NCBI GenBank assembly: GCA_017471985.1
Contig: JAFURE010000086.1
Coordinates: 385 to 64,384 of the forward strand
DNA from: Akkermansia sp.
GTDB taxonomy: Bacteria > Verrucomicrobiota > Verrucomicrobiia > Verrucomicrobiales > Akkermansiaceae
DNA: 64,000 bases
Direction of reading: 5' to 3'
The notes beneath the pieces were generated by a model. It was not told the DNA's origin, did not search any database, and saw nothing but the letters and a program-made list of their open reading frames with translations. A program made the position numbers and the translations under genes. Of the stretch, positions 9,280-21,343 are shown in pieces (position 1 is the stretch's first letter; each line of letters starts with the position of its first letter).

Positions 9280-9308
9280 TTGACGTCGCAGATTATATTC
9301 TGTATGAT
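9280..9308 (+). promoter_or_regulatory. sigma70-type promoter, leaderless geometry
   Basis: TTGACG (9280..9285), 17 bp, TATGAT (9303..9308), then 7 nt to ATG 9316. Confidence 0.5.
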
Positions 9309-9315
9309 GCCGATG

Positions 9316-10170
9316 ATGAAACTCCCTGTTAGCCAGATGCTTCCACTCCTTCTGCTTGCAGCCTGTACCTTACAGCCACAGCCGGAGCTTGCGAAAGAAG
9401 TTTTCATGGAATCACCCTGCGTGAAGGTAACGTGGGCGGGCACTCCCGGCACGGTGAACGGTGTGACGCTGCGCCCGGGGCCGGAGGAATGGAGTCGGCG
9501 GAATCCGGTCGGTATTTACAAGGCTGATGGGGATGCATGTAGGGGAGAACTACTGATCATACCCTACACCCTGCATGGGGGGCATGGTACCACGGCGCAG
9601 TTGTATGCGGCGGTATATGTGTCACAGCCGTGGTTTGTGGGCTATGCCCGTGCGCAGATTACCGCCCCGCTGCACTACCGGCGGGGTATGTTGGCTCTTA
9701 CGGCAGATTGTACGTTTGATGAGCTGATGCCGGAATATGGTGTGCTGAAAATGGCCGAGCAGCATCCCTTGGTTCTGGTGGATGCGGAGGGGGAGCCCTA
9801 TACTCGCTGCGAGTTGAAACCCGCGGTTGAACCACACGGTACAGATTACCCCGGCGGTTATTTTCAGAATCGCCGCAAGGGTGCCGGCGAGTGGGATGGT
9901 TTGTTGCTGCTGAAGCAGGATTTCGGTGGGGAGGGGGACACCGCCTTTTGGTTTAATATCGTGCGTGTGGAACAGCCAGCACCCGGAGCTGTGCCGGTCG
10001 TCACTGTACTGCACGGACTGCAGCGCCGCGGTAACTCCCTGACCGATTCCTCCGGCCACGTCCACTATACTGTTCACCGCGGTGCTCTTCATGATTCTTC
10101 CGGCCGAAAATTCCCGGAAATGCAGCTCAATCCGGTCATTCCTGTGGAGCGCTCGGCGAATGCACCGTAA
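9316..10170 (+). CDS. hypothetical lipoprotein
   Basis: ORF 9280..10170. From ATG 9316 the product starts MKLPVSQMLPLLLLAAC, which has a lipobox. The promoter geometry supports this start. Confidence 0.55.
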   Translation: MKLPVSQMLPLLLLAACTLQPQPELAKEVFMESPCVKVTWAGTPGTVNGVTLRPGPEEWSRRNPVGIYKADGDACRGELLIIPYTLHGGHGTTAQLYAAVYVSQPWFVGYARAQITAPLHYRRGMLALTADCTFDELMPEYGVLKMAEQHPLVLVDAEGEPYTRCELKPAVEPHGTDYPGGYFQNRRKGAGEWDGLLLLKQDFGGEGDTAFWFNIVRVEQPAPGAVPVVTVLHGLQRRGNSLTDSSGHVHYTVHRGALHDSSGRKFPEMQLNPVIPVERSANAP

Positions 10171-10305
10171 TTCTTTCATAAAACGCTTTGTATGCCCCTG
10201 TAGGCGCTGTAATGTGGTGTGGGCTGGGGGAATAGGGGGTGCGGGATATGACGCGCTATAGGGCATATTGCGGCAAAAAAACGGCCACAATGACATATTA
10301 TATAA

Positions 10306-12901
<2,596 letters not shown>

Positions 12902-12926
12902 ACCCTAACCGTTTTATTTCTGAATT

Positions 12927-15608
12927 ATGAGCGAATCTAGAATCCGCCCGGTAGACGTGGCAGAGGAGGTCTCCCGCAGCTTCCTTGACTACTCCATGTC
13001 TGTGATTATCTCCCGCGCTCTGCCGGATGCGCGTGACGGTCTGAAACCCTCTCAGCGCCGTGTGCTCTACGCCATGCACGAGTTGGGATTGGTACCCAGC
13101 AAGGGCACGGTGAAGTGCGGTCGTATTGTGGGTGACACCATCGGTAAATACCACCCGCACGGCGATGCTTCCGCCTACGGCACACTGGTGAACATGGCTC
13201 AGCCCTGGTACATGCGCGATGTGCTGGTGCTCGGTCAGGGTAACTTCGGTTCCCCCGAAGGTGACCCCCCCGCTGCCTACCGATACACCGAGGCCAAGCT
13301 GAGCCACCTGGGCCTGTCCCTCATGGATGACCTGGACAAGGACACCGTGGACTTCCAGCCCAACTATGATAACAGTACCTCCGAGCCCGTAGTGTTCCCC
13401 TCGGCATTCCCCAACCTGCTGGTGAACGGCGGTCAGGGTATCGCTGTGGGTATGGCTACGAACATGGCTCCCCACAACCTCGGTGAGGTGGTGGACGGTG
13501 TGTGCGCCTATATCGATAATCCCCTTATTACCAGTGAGCAGCTGCGCGCTTATATTAAGGGACCTGACTTCCCCACCGGCGGCTATGTGCTGGGTTATAA
13601 GGGGATTGACAGCTACTTCCGCACCGGGCGTGGCAGTGTGCGTATGCGTGGTAAGATTGAGGTCGTGACCAATGAGAACGGCCGCGAGTTCCTGCACATT
13701 TCCGACGTGCCCTACGGTGTGAACCGTGCCGTGCTGCAGGAGCGTATCGCCGAGCTGAGCCGCGACAAGGTCATTACCGACATTGCCGGTATGCGCGACC
13801 TGACGGACTACATCGAAATCGAGCTCAAGCGTGATGCCCGCCCGCAGGTGGTCATCAACCAGCTCTACAAGCTCACCAGTCTCGATACTTCTTTCGCCGT
13901 CAATATGCTGGCCATTCATGAGGGGCGCCCCAAGGTACTCACCATGAAGGATGCCATCAACTTCTACGTTGAGCACCGTCGTGAGGTGATTGTACGCCGT
14001 ACCAAGTACCTGCTGCGCAAGGCTGAGGACCGCGCTGAGGTGTTGGAGGCCTACCTCATCGCCCTCGCCAACCTCGACGAGTTTATCCGCATCATCCGCG
14101 ATTCCCGCAACCGCGAGGACGCCCGCAACCGACTGATGGCCTTCCGCTTCCCCGTGTCACTGGCCAAGGGCTTGGGTATTCTCATTCACAGCCAGCCCTC
14201 TGTACAGGGGGATGACTACGTGTTCACCGAGCGTCAGGTGAATGCCATTCTTGACCTGCGTCTCTACCAGCTGACCGCTCTGGAAAACGATAAGATTTCT
14301 GACGAGTACAAGAAGCTGCTGGAGCTCATCGAGGACTATCTGGACATTCTGGCCAACGAGAGCCGCGTGCTCGGCATTGTGAAGGATGAGCTGCGCGCCA
14401 TCAAGGAGAAATACGCCACTCCGCGTATGACCCACATCATTCCCTTCGAGGGCGACATGGCCATTGAGGACCTCATTCCCAATGACTCCATGATTGTGAC
14501 CATCTCGCACAGCGGTTACATTAAGCGCACCAATTCCGATGAGTACCGCCTGCAGGCTCGCGGCGGTAAGGGTATTAAGGCTGCTACCACCAAGAGCAAG
14601 AAGGATGCCAACGACTACGTGGAGCACCTCTTCGCCGCACAGAATCACGACTACATCATGTTCTTCACCAACACAGGCCGTGTGTACGTGGAGCGTGTGT
14701 ATGAGATTGACGAGGCCGCTCGAAGTGCTCAGGGCCGCTCCATTAAGAACTTGCTGGATATGCAGGCGGATGAGCGCATTGCCGCTATTCTGCGCCTGGA
14801 GCGCAAGGTGAGCGAGGATGGCAAGGATGTCACCTTTGCCGCGGGCTCGGGTAATGTGGTATTCGCTACCATGGACGGTACGGTCAAGAAGACGGCTCTC
14901 AACGACTTCGTGAACTACCGCAAGGCCGGTATCATTGCCATTAACCTCGAGGAGGGCAACTCCCTGGTGAACGCTGTGCTTACCACCGGCGAGCAGGATG
15001 TTATCATCGTGACGCACAACGGCATGAGCATTCGCTTCAACGAGAGCGATATGCGTACCCAGGGCCGTAACACAATCGGCGTGCGCGGTATTAAGCTGCG
15101 CGAGGGCGACTACGTGGTGGCCATGGCTGTGGTGCCCGAGGGCGAAACGGCAATCGCTGCAACAGATGAGGCCGGGGAGCCGGTAGAAACGGACGCAGCC
15201 ACTGAGGAGCAGACAGCAGCCCACTCGCTGCTTGTGGTTTCCGAGAACGGTCTTGGCAAGCGTACACGATTCGGCGAGTATCGTCTGCAGAGCCGTGGCG
15301 GTATCGGTATTAAGACCATGAATTGCACCGACAAGACAGGTCTGGTAGTCTCTGCCACGACGGTGACGGATGCCGATGAGCTCATGATTATGACTTCCGG
15401 CGGTCAGTCTGTGCGCATGAAGGTCAACTCCATCCGTGAGACCGGCCGAGCCACGCAGGGCGTGAAACTCATCACCCTCAACGCCAAGGAGGCCATTCAG
15501 GAGATTACCCTTGTTATCCCCGACGATGACGAGGACGGCGATTCCTCAGCTGATGACGCTGATGCCGTCGTTGACAATTCTGATTCTTCAGAGAGCGAAA
15601 ACGCCTAA
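12927..15608 (+). CDS. gyrA: DNA gyrase subunit A
   Basis: 893 aa. GLKPSQRRVLYAM, HPHGDASAYGTLV (QRDR), AAYRYTEAKL (catalytic Tyr) and an acidic C-terminal tail. Confidence 0.97.
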   Translation: MSESRIRPVDVAEEVSRSFLDYSMSVIISRALPDARDGLKPSQRRVLYAMHELGLVPSKGTVKCGRIVGDTIGKYHPHGDASAYGTLVNMAQPWYMRDVLVLGQGNFGSPEGDPPAAYRYTEAKLSHLGLSLMDDLDKDTVDFQPNYDNSTSEPVVFPSAFPNLLVNGGQGIAVGMATNMAPHNLGEVVDGVCAYIDNPLITSEQLRAYIKGPDFPTGGYVLGYKGIDSYFRTGRGSVRMRGKIEVVTNENGREFLHISDVPYGVNRAVLQERIAELSRDKVITDIAGMRDLTDYIEIELKRDARPQVVINQLYKLTSLDTSFAVNMLAIHEGRPKVLTMKDAINFYVEHRREVIVRRTKYLLRKAEDRAEVLEAYLIALANLDEFIRIIRDSRNREDARNRLMAFRFPVSLAKGLGILIHSQPSVQGDDYVFTERQVNAILDLRLYQLTALENDKISDEYKKLLELIEDYLDILANESRVLGIVKDELRAIKEKYATPRMTHIIPFEGDMAIEDLIPNDSMIVTISHSGYIKRTNSDEYRLQARGGKGIKAATTKSKKDANDYVEHLFAAQNHDYIMFFTNTGRVYVERVYEIDEAARSAQGRSIKNLLDMQADERIAAILRLERKVSEDGKDVTFAAGSGNVVFATMDGTVKKTALNDFVNYRKAGIIAINLEEGNSLVNAVLTTGEQDVIIVTHNGMSIRFNESDMRTQGRNTIGVRGIKLREGDYVVAMAVVPEGETAIAATDEAGEPVETDAATEEQTAAHSLLVVSENGLGKRTRFGEYRLQSRGGIGIKTMNCTDKTGLVVSATTVTDADELMIMTSGGQSVRMKVNSIRETGRATQGVKLITLNAKEAIQEITLVIPDDDEDGDSSADDADAVVDNSDSSESENA

Positions 15609-15637
15609 TCTCTCCCCCATTGTCAATAAGCAATGTG

Positions 15638-15670
15638 CAAGCCGCAGCTCCGTCAAGGAGCTGCGGCTTG
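15638..15670. terminator. 14-bp stem-loop between the convergent gyrA and catalase genes
   Basis: CAAGCCGCAGCTCC gtcaa GGAGCTGCGGCTTG. There is no clear U-tract on either strand. Confidence 0.55.
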
Positions 15671-15675
15671 TCGGT

Positions 15676-15713
15676 AAAAAGTCTGCAAATAGAAAGTCTT
15701 GGCTTCTATTTGC
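15676..15713 (-). terminator. Rho-independent terminator of the catalase gene
   Basis: 10-bp stem GCAAATAGAA / TTCTATTTGC. On the minus strand it is followed by AGACTTTTT. Confidence 0.6.
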
Positions 15714-15761
15714 GCGATTGTTATGTAATCTAATTGTATGCAGGCTGTTAAGTTGTCGTGT

Positions 15762-17207
15762 TTAGATTTTTGACTTTAACATTTCCTCCACGCCTTTGCC
15801 GTAGTCGGGGTGGCAGGCGTAACAATGGGCCAGGTGGCGCCGGATGATGAACTCGGGCACGTTGCTCAGAGAGCGTGCTGTATTGTCGAAGAGCAGGCGG
15901 CGTTTCTCTGCTGTCAGGAGTTTGAAGAGGGCGCGTGGTTGAGCAAAGTAGTCATCGGGGGTGCCGGCAAAGGGGTAGCGTGCCGCAGGGCCATCCACAG
16001 GGAAAGGGGGCTCTTTGTATGCCGCCTGTTCTTTCCATTCCCCGAAACTGTTGGGTTCATAGCTAACTGCACTGCCTTTGTTGTTATCGAACCTCATGAG
16101 CCCGTCCTGATGAAAACTGTGGAAGGGGCAGCGAGGTCGGTTGATGGGGAGCATGTCGTGATTGACTCCCAGTCGGTAGCGCTGGGCATCGCCATAGGCA
16201 AAGAGCCGCCCCTGCAGCATTTTGTCGGGCGAAAAGCTGATACCCGGCACGATGTTGGCCGGAGTGAATGCGGCTTGTTCCACCTCGGCAAAGTAATTTT
16301 CCGGGTTGCGGTTAAGCTCCATTACCCCCACTTCAATGAGTGGGTATTCTGCGTGCGGCCATATTTTGGTGAGGTCAAAGGGATTGAAGGGAAATTTTTC
16401 TGCCTGAGCCTGAGTCATGATTTGCACGCAGAGCGTCCATCGGGGGAAATCACCCGCCTCGATAGCTGCGAAGAGGTCATGCCCGGAGCTGTCGGGGTCT
16501 TTGCCATTAATGACGGCAGCTTCGGCATCGCTCAGGCAGCGTATACCCTGCTGACAAACAAAGTGGAACTTACACCACACTCGCTCGTTTGCTGCATTGA
16601 TAAAGGAATAGGCGTGACTGCCGAAGCCGTGCATGTGGCGGAAATCGCTTGGTATACCGCGATCGCTCATGGTAATGGTAACCTGGTGAAAGCTCTCGGG
16701 TAACGAGGTCCAGATATCCCATTTTGCCGTATCGTCCTTGCGACCTGTCTGCGGGTTGCGGTGCAGGGCATGATTGAGGTCCGGGAACTTCAACGGGTCA
16801 CGAATGAAGAAGACCGGGGTATTGTTGCCCACCAAATCCCAGTTACCCTCATCCGTATAGAACTTAACGGCAAAACCGCGGATGTCCCGGTCGGCATCCC
16901 AATAGCCGCGTTCCCCCGCTGCCGTGGAAAAGCGTACGAATACCGGCGTTTTTTTGCCGACGGCAGAAAACAGTGCTGCCCGGGTGTAGCGTGTGATATC
17001 CTGAGTCACAGTGAACGTGCCGTGTGCACCCCAGCCCTTGGCGTGCATGCGCCGCTCGGGCAGAACTTCGCGGTTCATGTGGGCCATTTTCTCCAGGTGC
17101 CAGACATCCTGAATGAGTTGCGGTCCATGCGGACCTGCTGTGAGGGTGTTGTTGTTATCCGCCACCGGGGCTCCGGCGGCTGTCGTTAATTGATGAGGGT
17201 CAGTCAT
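15762..17207 (-). CDS. katA: monofunctional heme catalase (small-subunit type)
   Basis: 481 aa. [40 protein letters not shown] and the typical catalase core through to the C-terminus. Confidence 0.95.
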   Translation of the reverse strand: MTDPHQLTTAAGAPVADNNNTLTAGPHGPQLIQDVWHLEKMAHMNREVLPERRMHAKGWGAHGTFTVTQDITRYTRAALFSAVGKKTPVFVRFSTAAGERGYWDADRDIRGFAVKFYTDEGNWDLVGNNTPVFFIRDPLKFPDLNHALHRNPQTGRKDDTAKWDIWTSLPESFHQVTITMSDRGIPSDFRHMHGFGSHAYSFINAANERVWCKFHFVCQQGIRCLSDAEAAVINGKDPDSSGHDLFAAIEAGDFPRWTLCVQIMTQAQAEKFPFNPFDLTKIWPHAEYPLIEVGVMELNRNPENYFAEVEQAAFTPANIVPGISFSPDKMLQGRLFAYGDAQRYRLGVNHDMLPINRPRCPFHSFHQDGLMRFDNNKGSAVSYEPNSFGEWKEQAAYKEPPFPVDGPAARYPFAGTPDDYFAQPRALFKLLTAEKRRLLFDNTARSLSNVPEFIIRRHLAHCYACHPDYGKGVEEMLKSKI

Positions 17208-17216
17208 GGTAAGGGC

Positions 17217-17245
17217 ATTCTGAACGGAAATGCTCCCTATTGCAA
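17217..17245 (-). promoter_or_regulatory. catalase promoter, leaderless geometry
   Basis: Minus strand: TTGCAA (17245..17240), 17 bp, CAGAAT (17222..17217), then 9 nt to ATG 17207. Confidence 0.55.
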
Positions 17246-17317
17246 GAGGTTAGAGCTGACTGTTATGAAGTAGTGTGAGTCTGAGATAAATATGGCGCCT
17301 GAAATCACAAAAAACGC

Positions 17318-17346
17318 TTGCTAAACGCCCCTTGACCCTGTATGCT
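17318..17346 (+). promoter_or_regulatory. sigma70-type promoter, leaderless geometry
   Basis: TTGCTA, 17 bp, TATGCT (17341..17346), then 6 nt to GTG 17353, which is in frame with the ORF that starts at 17332. Confidence 0.55.
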
Positions 17347-17352
17347 GAGCGC

Positions 17353-18294
17353 GTGAACGTCTTTTCTACCTGCTGGAACAGTTCGCGCCATACCGATGGC
17401 GCTGCCATGTGCGAGGAAATCAAGGAGCTTGGTTTTGAGTATATCGAGGCTTCCCACGGTTTGTCTCTTTCGCTTATGCCGGGGCTGATGAAGGCCGTGG
17501 ATGAGGGGCGCATACGCGTGGCCGGTGTTCATAATTTCTGCCCGGCTCCCATTGATGTGCAGGGGGACGCACCGGATGCGTTCCGCTTTACCTCACACCG
17601 CCCGGAGCAGCGGGAGCGAGCTATGCGCCTGAGTATGGAAACGCTGCTTGTTGCGGCTCGACTGGAGGCTCGATATGTGGTGCTGCACATGGGCGAGGTT
17701 GAGTTGTTCCAAGGTCACGATTGTACCCGCGAGTTACAGCGCATGGTGCGAAACGGCTACAGGGATTCACTTGAATATGCCCGGCTGAAGGGCAAGTATG
17801 TGCGCAAGCGCATGCGCCTGGCCCGCGTGTACTACGAGCGCGCCCGTGTTGCCCTGCATAAGCTGGCAGAGCGTGCCGAGAAACTCAATCTGGTGCTGGG
17901 AGTAGAGGGGCGCAGCCATTTTGAGCAGGTGCCCGGTGAATTGGAAATGCCCACTCTGCTGGCCGAGTTCGCGGATAATCCGCATGTGCGCTACTGGCAC
18001 GATTTCGGTCATATTCAGCGCAAGCATAATCTGCTCCTGCTCAACCATGACCAATATCTCAAACGACTGAAGCCGCACATTTACGGTGCTCATGTCAATG
18101 ACGTGCAGTGGCCACAGCGCGACCACCGTGCTCCCTTCATGGGGGGCGATGTGGATTTCGATACCCTTCTGCCGCGCTATTTCACGCAGGCTATGCCGCT
18201 GACCTGGGAGTTATCCTCCTCGGTCTCGAAGGACGCTATTCTGACTGCCAAACAACGCTGGGATGCCCTGCATGACTCCCTTCCGCAAGAATGA
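17353..18294 (+). CDS. xylose-isomerase-like TIM-barrel protein (sugar phosphate isomerase/epimerase or AP-endonuclease-2 superfamily)
   Basis: ORF 17332..18294. VNVFSTCWNS...GFEYIEASHG...YVVLHMGE...WHDFGH is the pattern of that superfamily. I chose the GTG 17353 start from the promoter position. Confidence 0.7.
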   Translation: MNVFSTCWNSSRHTDGAAMCEEIKELGFEYIEASHGLSLSLMPGLMKAVDEGRIRVAGVHNFCPAPIDVQGDAPDAFRFTSHRPEQRERAMRLSMETLLVAARLEARYVVLHMGEVELFQGHDCTRELQRMVRNGYRDSLEYARLKGKYVRKRMRLARVYYERARVALHKLAERAEKLNLVLGVEGRSHFEQVPGELEMPTLLAEFADNPHVRYWHDFGHIQRKHNLLLLNHDQYLKRLKPHIYGAHVNDVQWPQRDHRAPFMGGDVDFDTLLPRYFTQAMPLTWELSSSVSKDAILTAKQRWDALHDSLPQE

Positions 18295-19049
18295 GAGAAG
18301 CCATCACCCAGTCTGTGCTGCAACTCTGCGCAGAGCAGGGGGCTACTCCCTTGCTGATTTGCCTGACCGGTTCGCGGGCCTATGGCTGCCACTGCCCGAC
18401 CAGTGATTACGATGTGCGCTTTATTTATGCTTACCCGACCGACCGTTATTTTGCTCTGACCCCGCCTCCGGATGAGCTTCGGCTGCCGGATGGCGATGTG
18501 CTGGGCTTCGAGTTGGGTAAGTTCCTGCGAATTATTCGCAAGAGTGGGTGGAATGCCCACGAGCTGCTGTATGCTCCGGTGTGGCTGGAACACCCCTGTG
18601 TGGAGGAGCTGCGTGCCGTGTGTGCTCCTGTGCTGTGTCCCGGTGCAATGGCCCATGGGTTGATGAGCGGTGCCCATGTGTATGCTCGCAGGTTGCTTTA
18701 TCTGCCGCAGGGGGAGGCCGGCACCATGCGCGAGTGCAAGTTGAGCATCGGTACGCTGCGTATGCTGCTCTCTGCCTGCTATGTTCTGCGGCATAAGCGC
18801 TTTTACCCCTTGCAGCTTACTGAGTTGATGCAACAGGTCGGCACTCCCGAACAAGAGTTACTGATGGCTCAGCTGGTGAGTTGCCGAGCTCAGGAGCAAG
18901 TGCCCGAACCTCATGTTCTTGCCGCCGTCCGTCGCAACTGTGAGCAACTGCAGCAGCAACTGCCAGCGACGCCGCTCCCTCAGGAGCCCCTGCCTGATGA
19001 ATGCAATATGAATGATTTTTATGCACGCGTCGTCAAATCTTTAACCTAA
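18291..19049 (+). CDS. nucleotidyltransferase-domain protein (YcgL / PF10127-like)
   Basis: LTGSRAYGCHCPTSDYDVRFIY matches the GSxxxG...SDxDxxxxY minimal nucleotidyltransferase motif. There is a 4-nt ATGA overlap with the upstream gene. Confidence 0.7.
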   Translation: MREAITQSVLQLCAEQGATPLLICLTGSRAYGCHCPTSDYDVRFIYAYPTDRYFALTPPPDELRLPDGDVLGFELGKFLRIIRKSGWNAHELLYAPVWLEHPCVEELRAVCAPVLCPGAMAHGLMSGAHVYARRLLYLPQGEAGTMRECKLSIGTLRMLLSACYVLRHKRFYPLQLTELMQQVGTPEQELLMAQLVSCRAQEQVPEPHVLAAVRRNCEQLQQQLPATPLPQEPLPDECNMNDFYARVVKSLT

Positions 19050-19058
19050 GTTACCACT

Positions 19059-20009
19059 ATGATAAGAACATCTGTTACCGCATTGATGATATTGGCTGCC
19101 GGTGTGCTCAGTGCCGCCGGTACTGCCGAGGGCTCTCCGGCTTGTGTCGAAACCCTGCTGTGTGATGCCGTGAAGCCTGAGGATGCCGCTCTCTTTGACA
19201 AATACTTCGGCAGTGAAATGGCTCCTGTAGAGAAGGGCTGGGATAGTGAGACTCTCACAGAGTATTCATCTTCCTGGGGGTACAATGAAGCCCGTAAACC
19301 TGTTTTGCGCGAACATATCATGCAGCTGTCAGAGGATGGCTGCACGCTGCGCTATCTGAGCTGTGTGCGATTCAGAGATTCAGATGGACGCCGGGTGAAT
19401 TACAAGGAGCGTGTGCAGCATGCAGTGCTTCCTTATGTATTCATGAGCAATTTGGTGGATATCGTTGACTTTAATGATGAACGGGTGTATTTCGATATTG
19501 TGAAGTTTAATTCGCAAACAAGACAGATAGAAGGTATTGAACAGAAAAGCTGGAGCCGACGCGAGCTCAAACCGTCCCGAGATCCCCTTTCTGATGACGA
19601 GAAAGCGTTCTTCGATGAGTTGTTCCCCACTACAAAATTGCGCCGTACTCCTGTGAGCTGGAATGCTGAAAGGCGTGTTATTTATTCTGCTCAGGGGTGG
19701 AGTCGTGGAAATCTATATGAACTCAAAGGAACACTCAAAACTGTGGCAGCAGATGGCAGTAGCTGTCGCATAGCTCACAAGGCTCTCGAACGCAGCGGCA
19801 ATTTCAAAGCCACTTGGCGCCCCTCGGCTTATTCTCCCCACATGGTGGTGCCATTCGTTTTCGTACAACTGGGTGAATATCTGGAGCTTCACATCGAGAA
19901 GTTTCATCCGCAAACGGGTGACTATCTGGGTAGCCGAACTCTCTACTATTATTTCCGTTCGCTCGAACCGGCGATGGAGAAAGAAACATTGCTGTCCACT
20001 GAGCAGTGA
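19059..20009 (+). CDS. hypothetical secreted protein with two ~120-aa internal repeats
   Basis: Signal peptide MIRTSVTALMILAAGVLSAAG. Repeated pattern DG(C/S)xxR...V(L/V)P(Y/F)VF...Q(T/I). The 3' two-thirds is low in GC. Confidence 0.55.
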   Translation: MIRTSVTALMILAAGVLSAAGTAEGSPACVETLLCDAVKPEDAALFDKYFGSEMAPVEKGWDSETLTEYSSSWGYNEARKPVLREHIMQLSEDGCTLRYLSCVRFRDSDGRRVNYKERVQHAVLPYVFMSNLVDIVDFNDERVYFDIVKFNSQTRQIEGIEQKSWSRRELKPSRDPLSDDEKAFFDELFPTTKLRRTPVSWNAERRVIYSAQGWSRGNLYELKGTLKTVAADGSSCRIAHKALERSGNFKATWRPSAYSPHMVVPFVFVQLGEYLELHIEKFHPQTGDYLGSRTLYYYFRSLEPAMEKETLLSTEQ

Positions 20010-20176
20010 GTTGTGAGATACACGCGTTGGCGCAATCTGGAAGTGCCAATTCGTTGATATACAAGTTGCCCGGCTTCGCCGTGGCAGGCAAATTATAATT
20101 GACTTGTCTATCTTTTTCCCCGATAAACTCCCATTTAGCTCTCAAATAGATTTAACCCTCTAATTGTTGGTATATG

Positions 20177-20209
20177 AAAAAGCCGCAGCGGGTTACGCTG
20201 CGGCTTTTG
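20177..20209. terminator. bidirectional Rho-independent terminator
   Basis: AAAAGCCGCAGCG ggtta CGCTGCGGCTTTT, with A and T runs on both sides. It lies 29 nt downstream of the pfkA stop. Confidence 0.8.
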
Positions 20210-20236
20210 AAATTCACGATGGTTCGAGCGAACAAA

Positions 20237-21331
20237 TCAGAACATCTTGGTGTCGTCACCGAAGGAAATGCCGATTTCCTTGGCGGCTTCGACCAGCTGG
20301 CTCTTGCTGTCCACGAGGTGCAGGGTACGCACAGCCTCTTCGATGGGCATGGAAACCATGTCCACACCGTGCAGAGCAACGGTCTCGCCGAACTTGCCCT
20401 CATCGATGAGGTCAATAGCCTTGGCACCACAGCGCACGCCGAGTACGCGGTCGTAGGGAATGGGGCTGCCGCCGCGCTGAATGTGACCGAGCACGCAATA
20501 ACGTGTTTCGATACCGGTGATGGTTTCGAGCTTGGTGGACAGGAAGGAGGCAATACCACCCAGTCGCACCTCGCCCTTGGTCTCTTCATCGAGCGTGAGC
20601 AGCTTGCCGCCAATCTTGGCGCCTTCACTTACCACAATGATGATTTCGCGTTGGCCCAGAGCCTTCAACAGCTCAACCTTACGCACGATTTCCTCGAGCT
20701 TGAACTCGATTTCGGGCATCAGGATGACGTCTGCACCACCGGCAATACCGCCGTACAGTGCAATCCAGCCGGCGTGGCGGCCCATCACCTCAACCACCAT
20801 CATGCGCTTGTGGGAGTCAGCCGTGGTGCGCAGGCGGTCCAGGTTCTCACTTACCACAGACACAGCGGTCCAGAACCCGAAGGTGTAGTCTGTAGCACCC
20901 AGATCATTGTCGATGGTCTTGGGCACACCCACGATGGGCAGGCCGATGGCTCGCAGCTCGTTGCCGATGGTCTGGGAACCGTCGCCACCCACCACGATGA
21001 GGGCTTTCAGCCCCAGACGGTCAACAGTGGCCTTGCTGCGGGCAAGCACATCTTCAGCAATCTGCATGCGGCCACCTACACCGCTCTTCACGGTGAAGTT
21101 ACCCTTGTTGACAGTGCCGAGGATGGTACCGCCGCAGGAGCGGACGTTGTGGCAGTTCTCGGGAGTAAGGATTTTCCATCGCTCGTTTTCGGGAGTGGAG
21201 AGCAGGCCCTCGAAGCCATCGTAGAAGCCGTAGACAGTCCAGCCGCGGGCGGTTGCAGCACCCACTGCGCCTTCAATCACGGCGTTGAGTCCGGGGCAGT
21301 CGCCACCGGCGTTAAGAATACCGATATTCAT
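20237..21331 (-). CDS. pfkA: 6-phosphofructokinase with canonical active site
   Basis: 364 aa. NAGGDCPGLN, VVGGDGS, PKTIDND, VMGRHAGWIAL and GHIQRGG are all intact. Confidence 0.9.
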   Translation of the reverse strand: MNIGILNAGGDCPGLNAVIEGAVGAATARGWTVYGFYDGFEGLLSTPENERWKILTPENCHNVRSCGGTILGTVNKGNFTVKSGVGGRMQIAEDVLARSKATVDRLGLKALIVVGGDGSQTIGNELRAIGLPIVGVPKTIDNDLGATDYTFGFWTAVSVVSENLDRLRTTADSHKRMMVVEVMGRHAGWIALYGGIAGGADVILMPEIEFKLEEIVRKVELLKALGQREIIIVVSEGAKIGGKLLTLDEETKGEVRLGGIASFLSTKLETITGIETRYCVLGHIQRGGSPIPYDRVLGVRCGAKAIDLIDEGKFGETVALHGVDMVSMPIEEAVRTLHLVDSKSQLVEAAKEIGISFGDDTKMF

Positions 21332-21343
21332 GACGATAAATGT

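Noticed and set aside
15638-20209. Terminator stems at 15638..15670 and 20177..20209 share the core AGCCGCAGC...GCTGCGGCT, which could indicate a REP-like repeat family
   Set aside because: There are only two copies. The loops and flanks differ, and GC-rich stems of this kind arise easily. That is not enough to call a repeat family.
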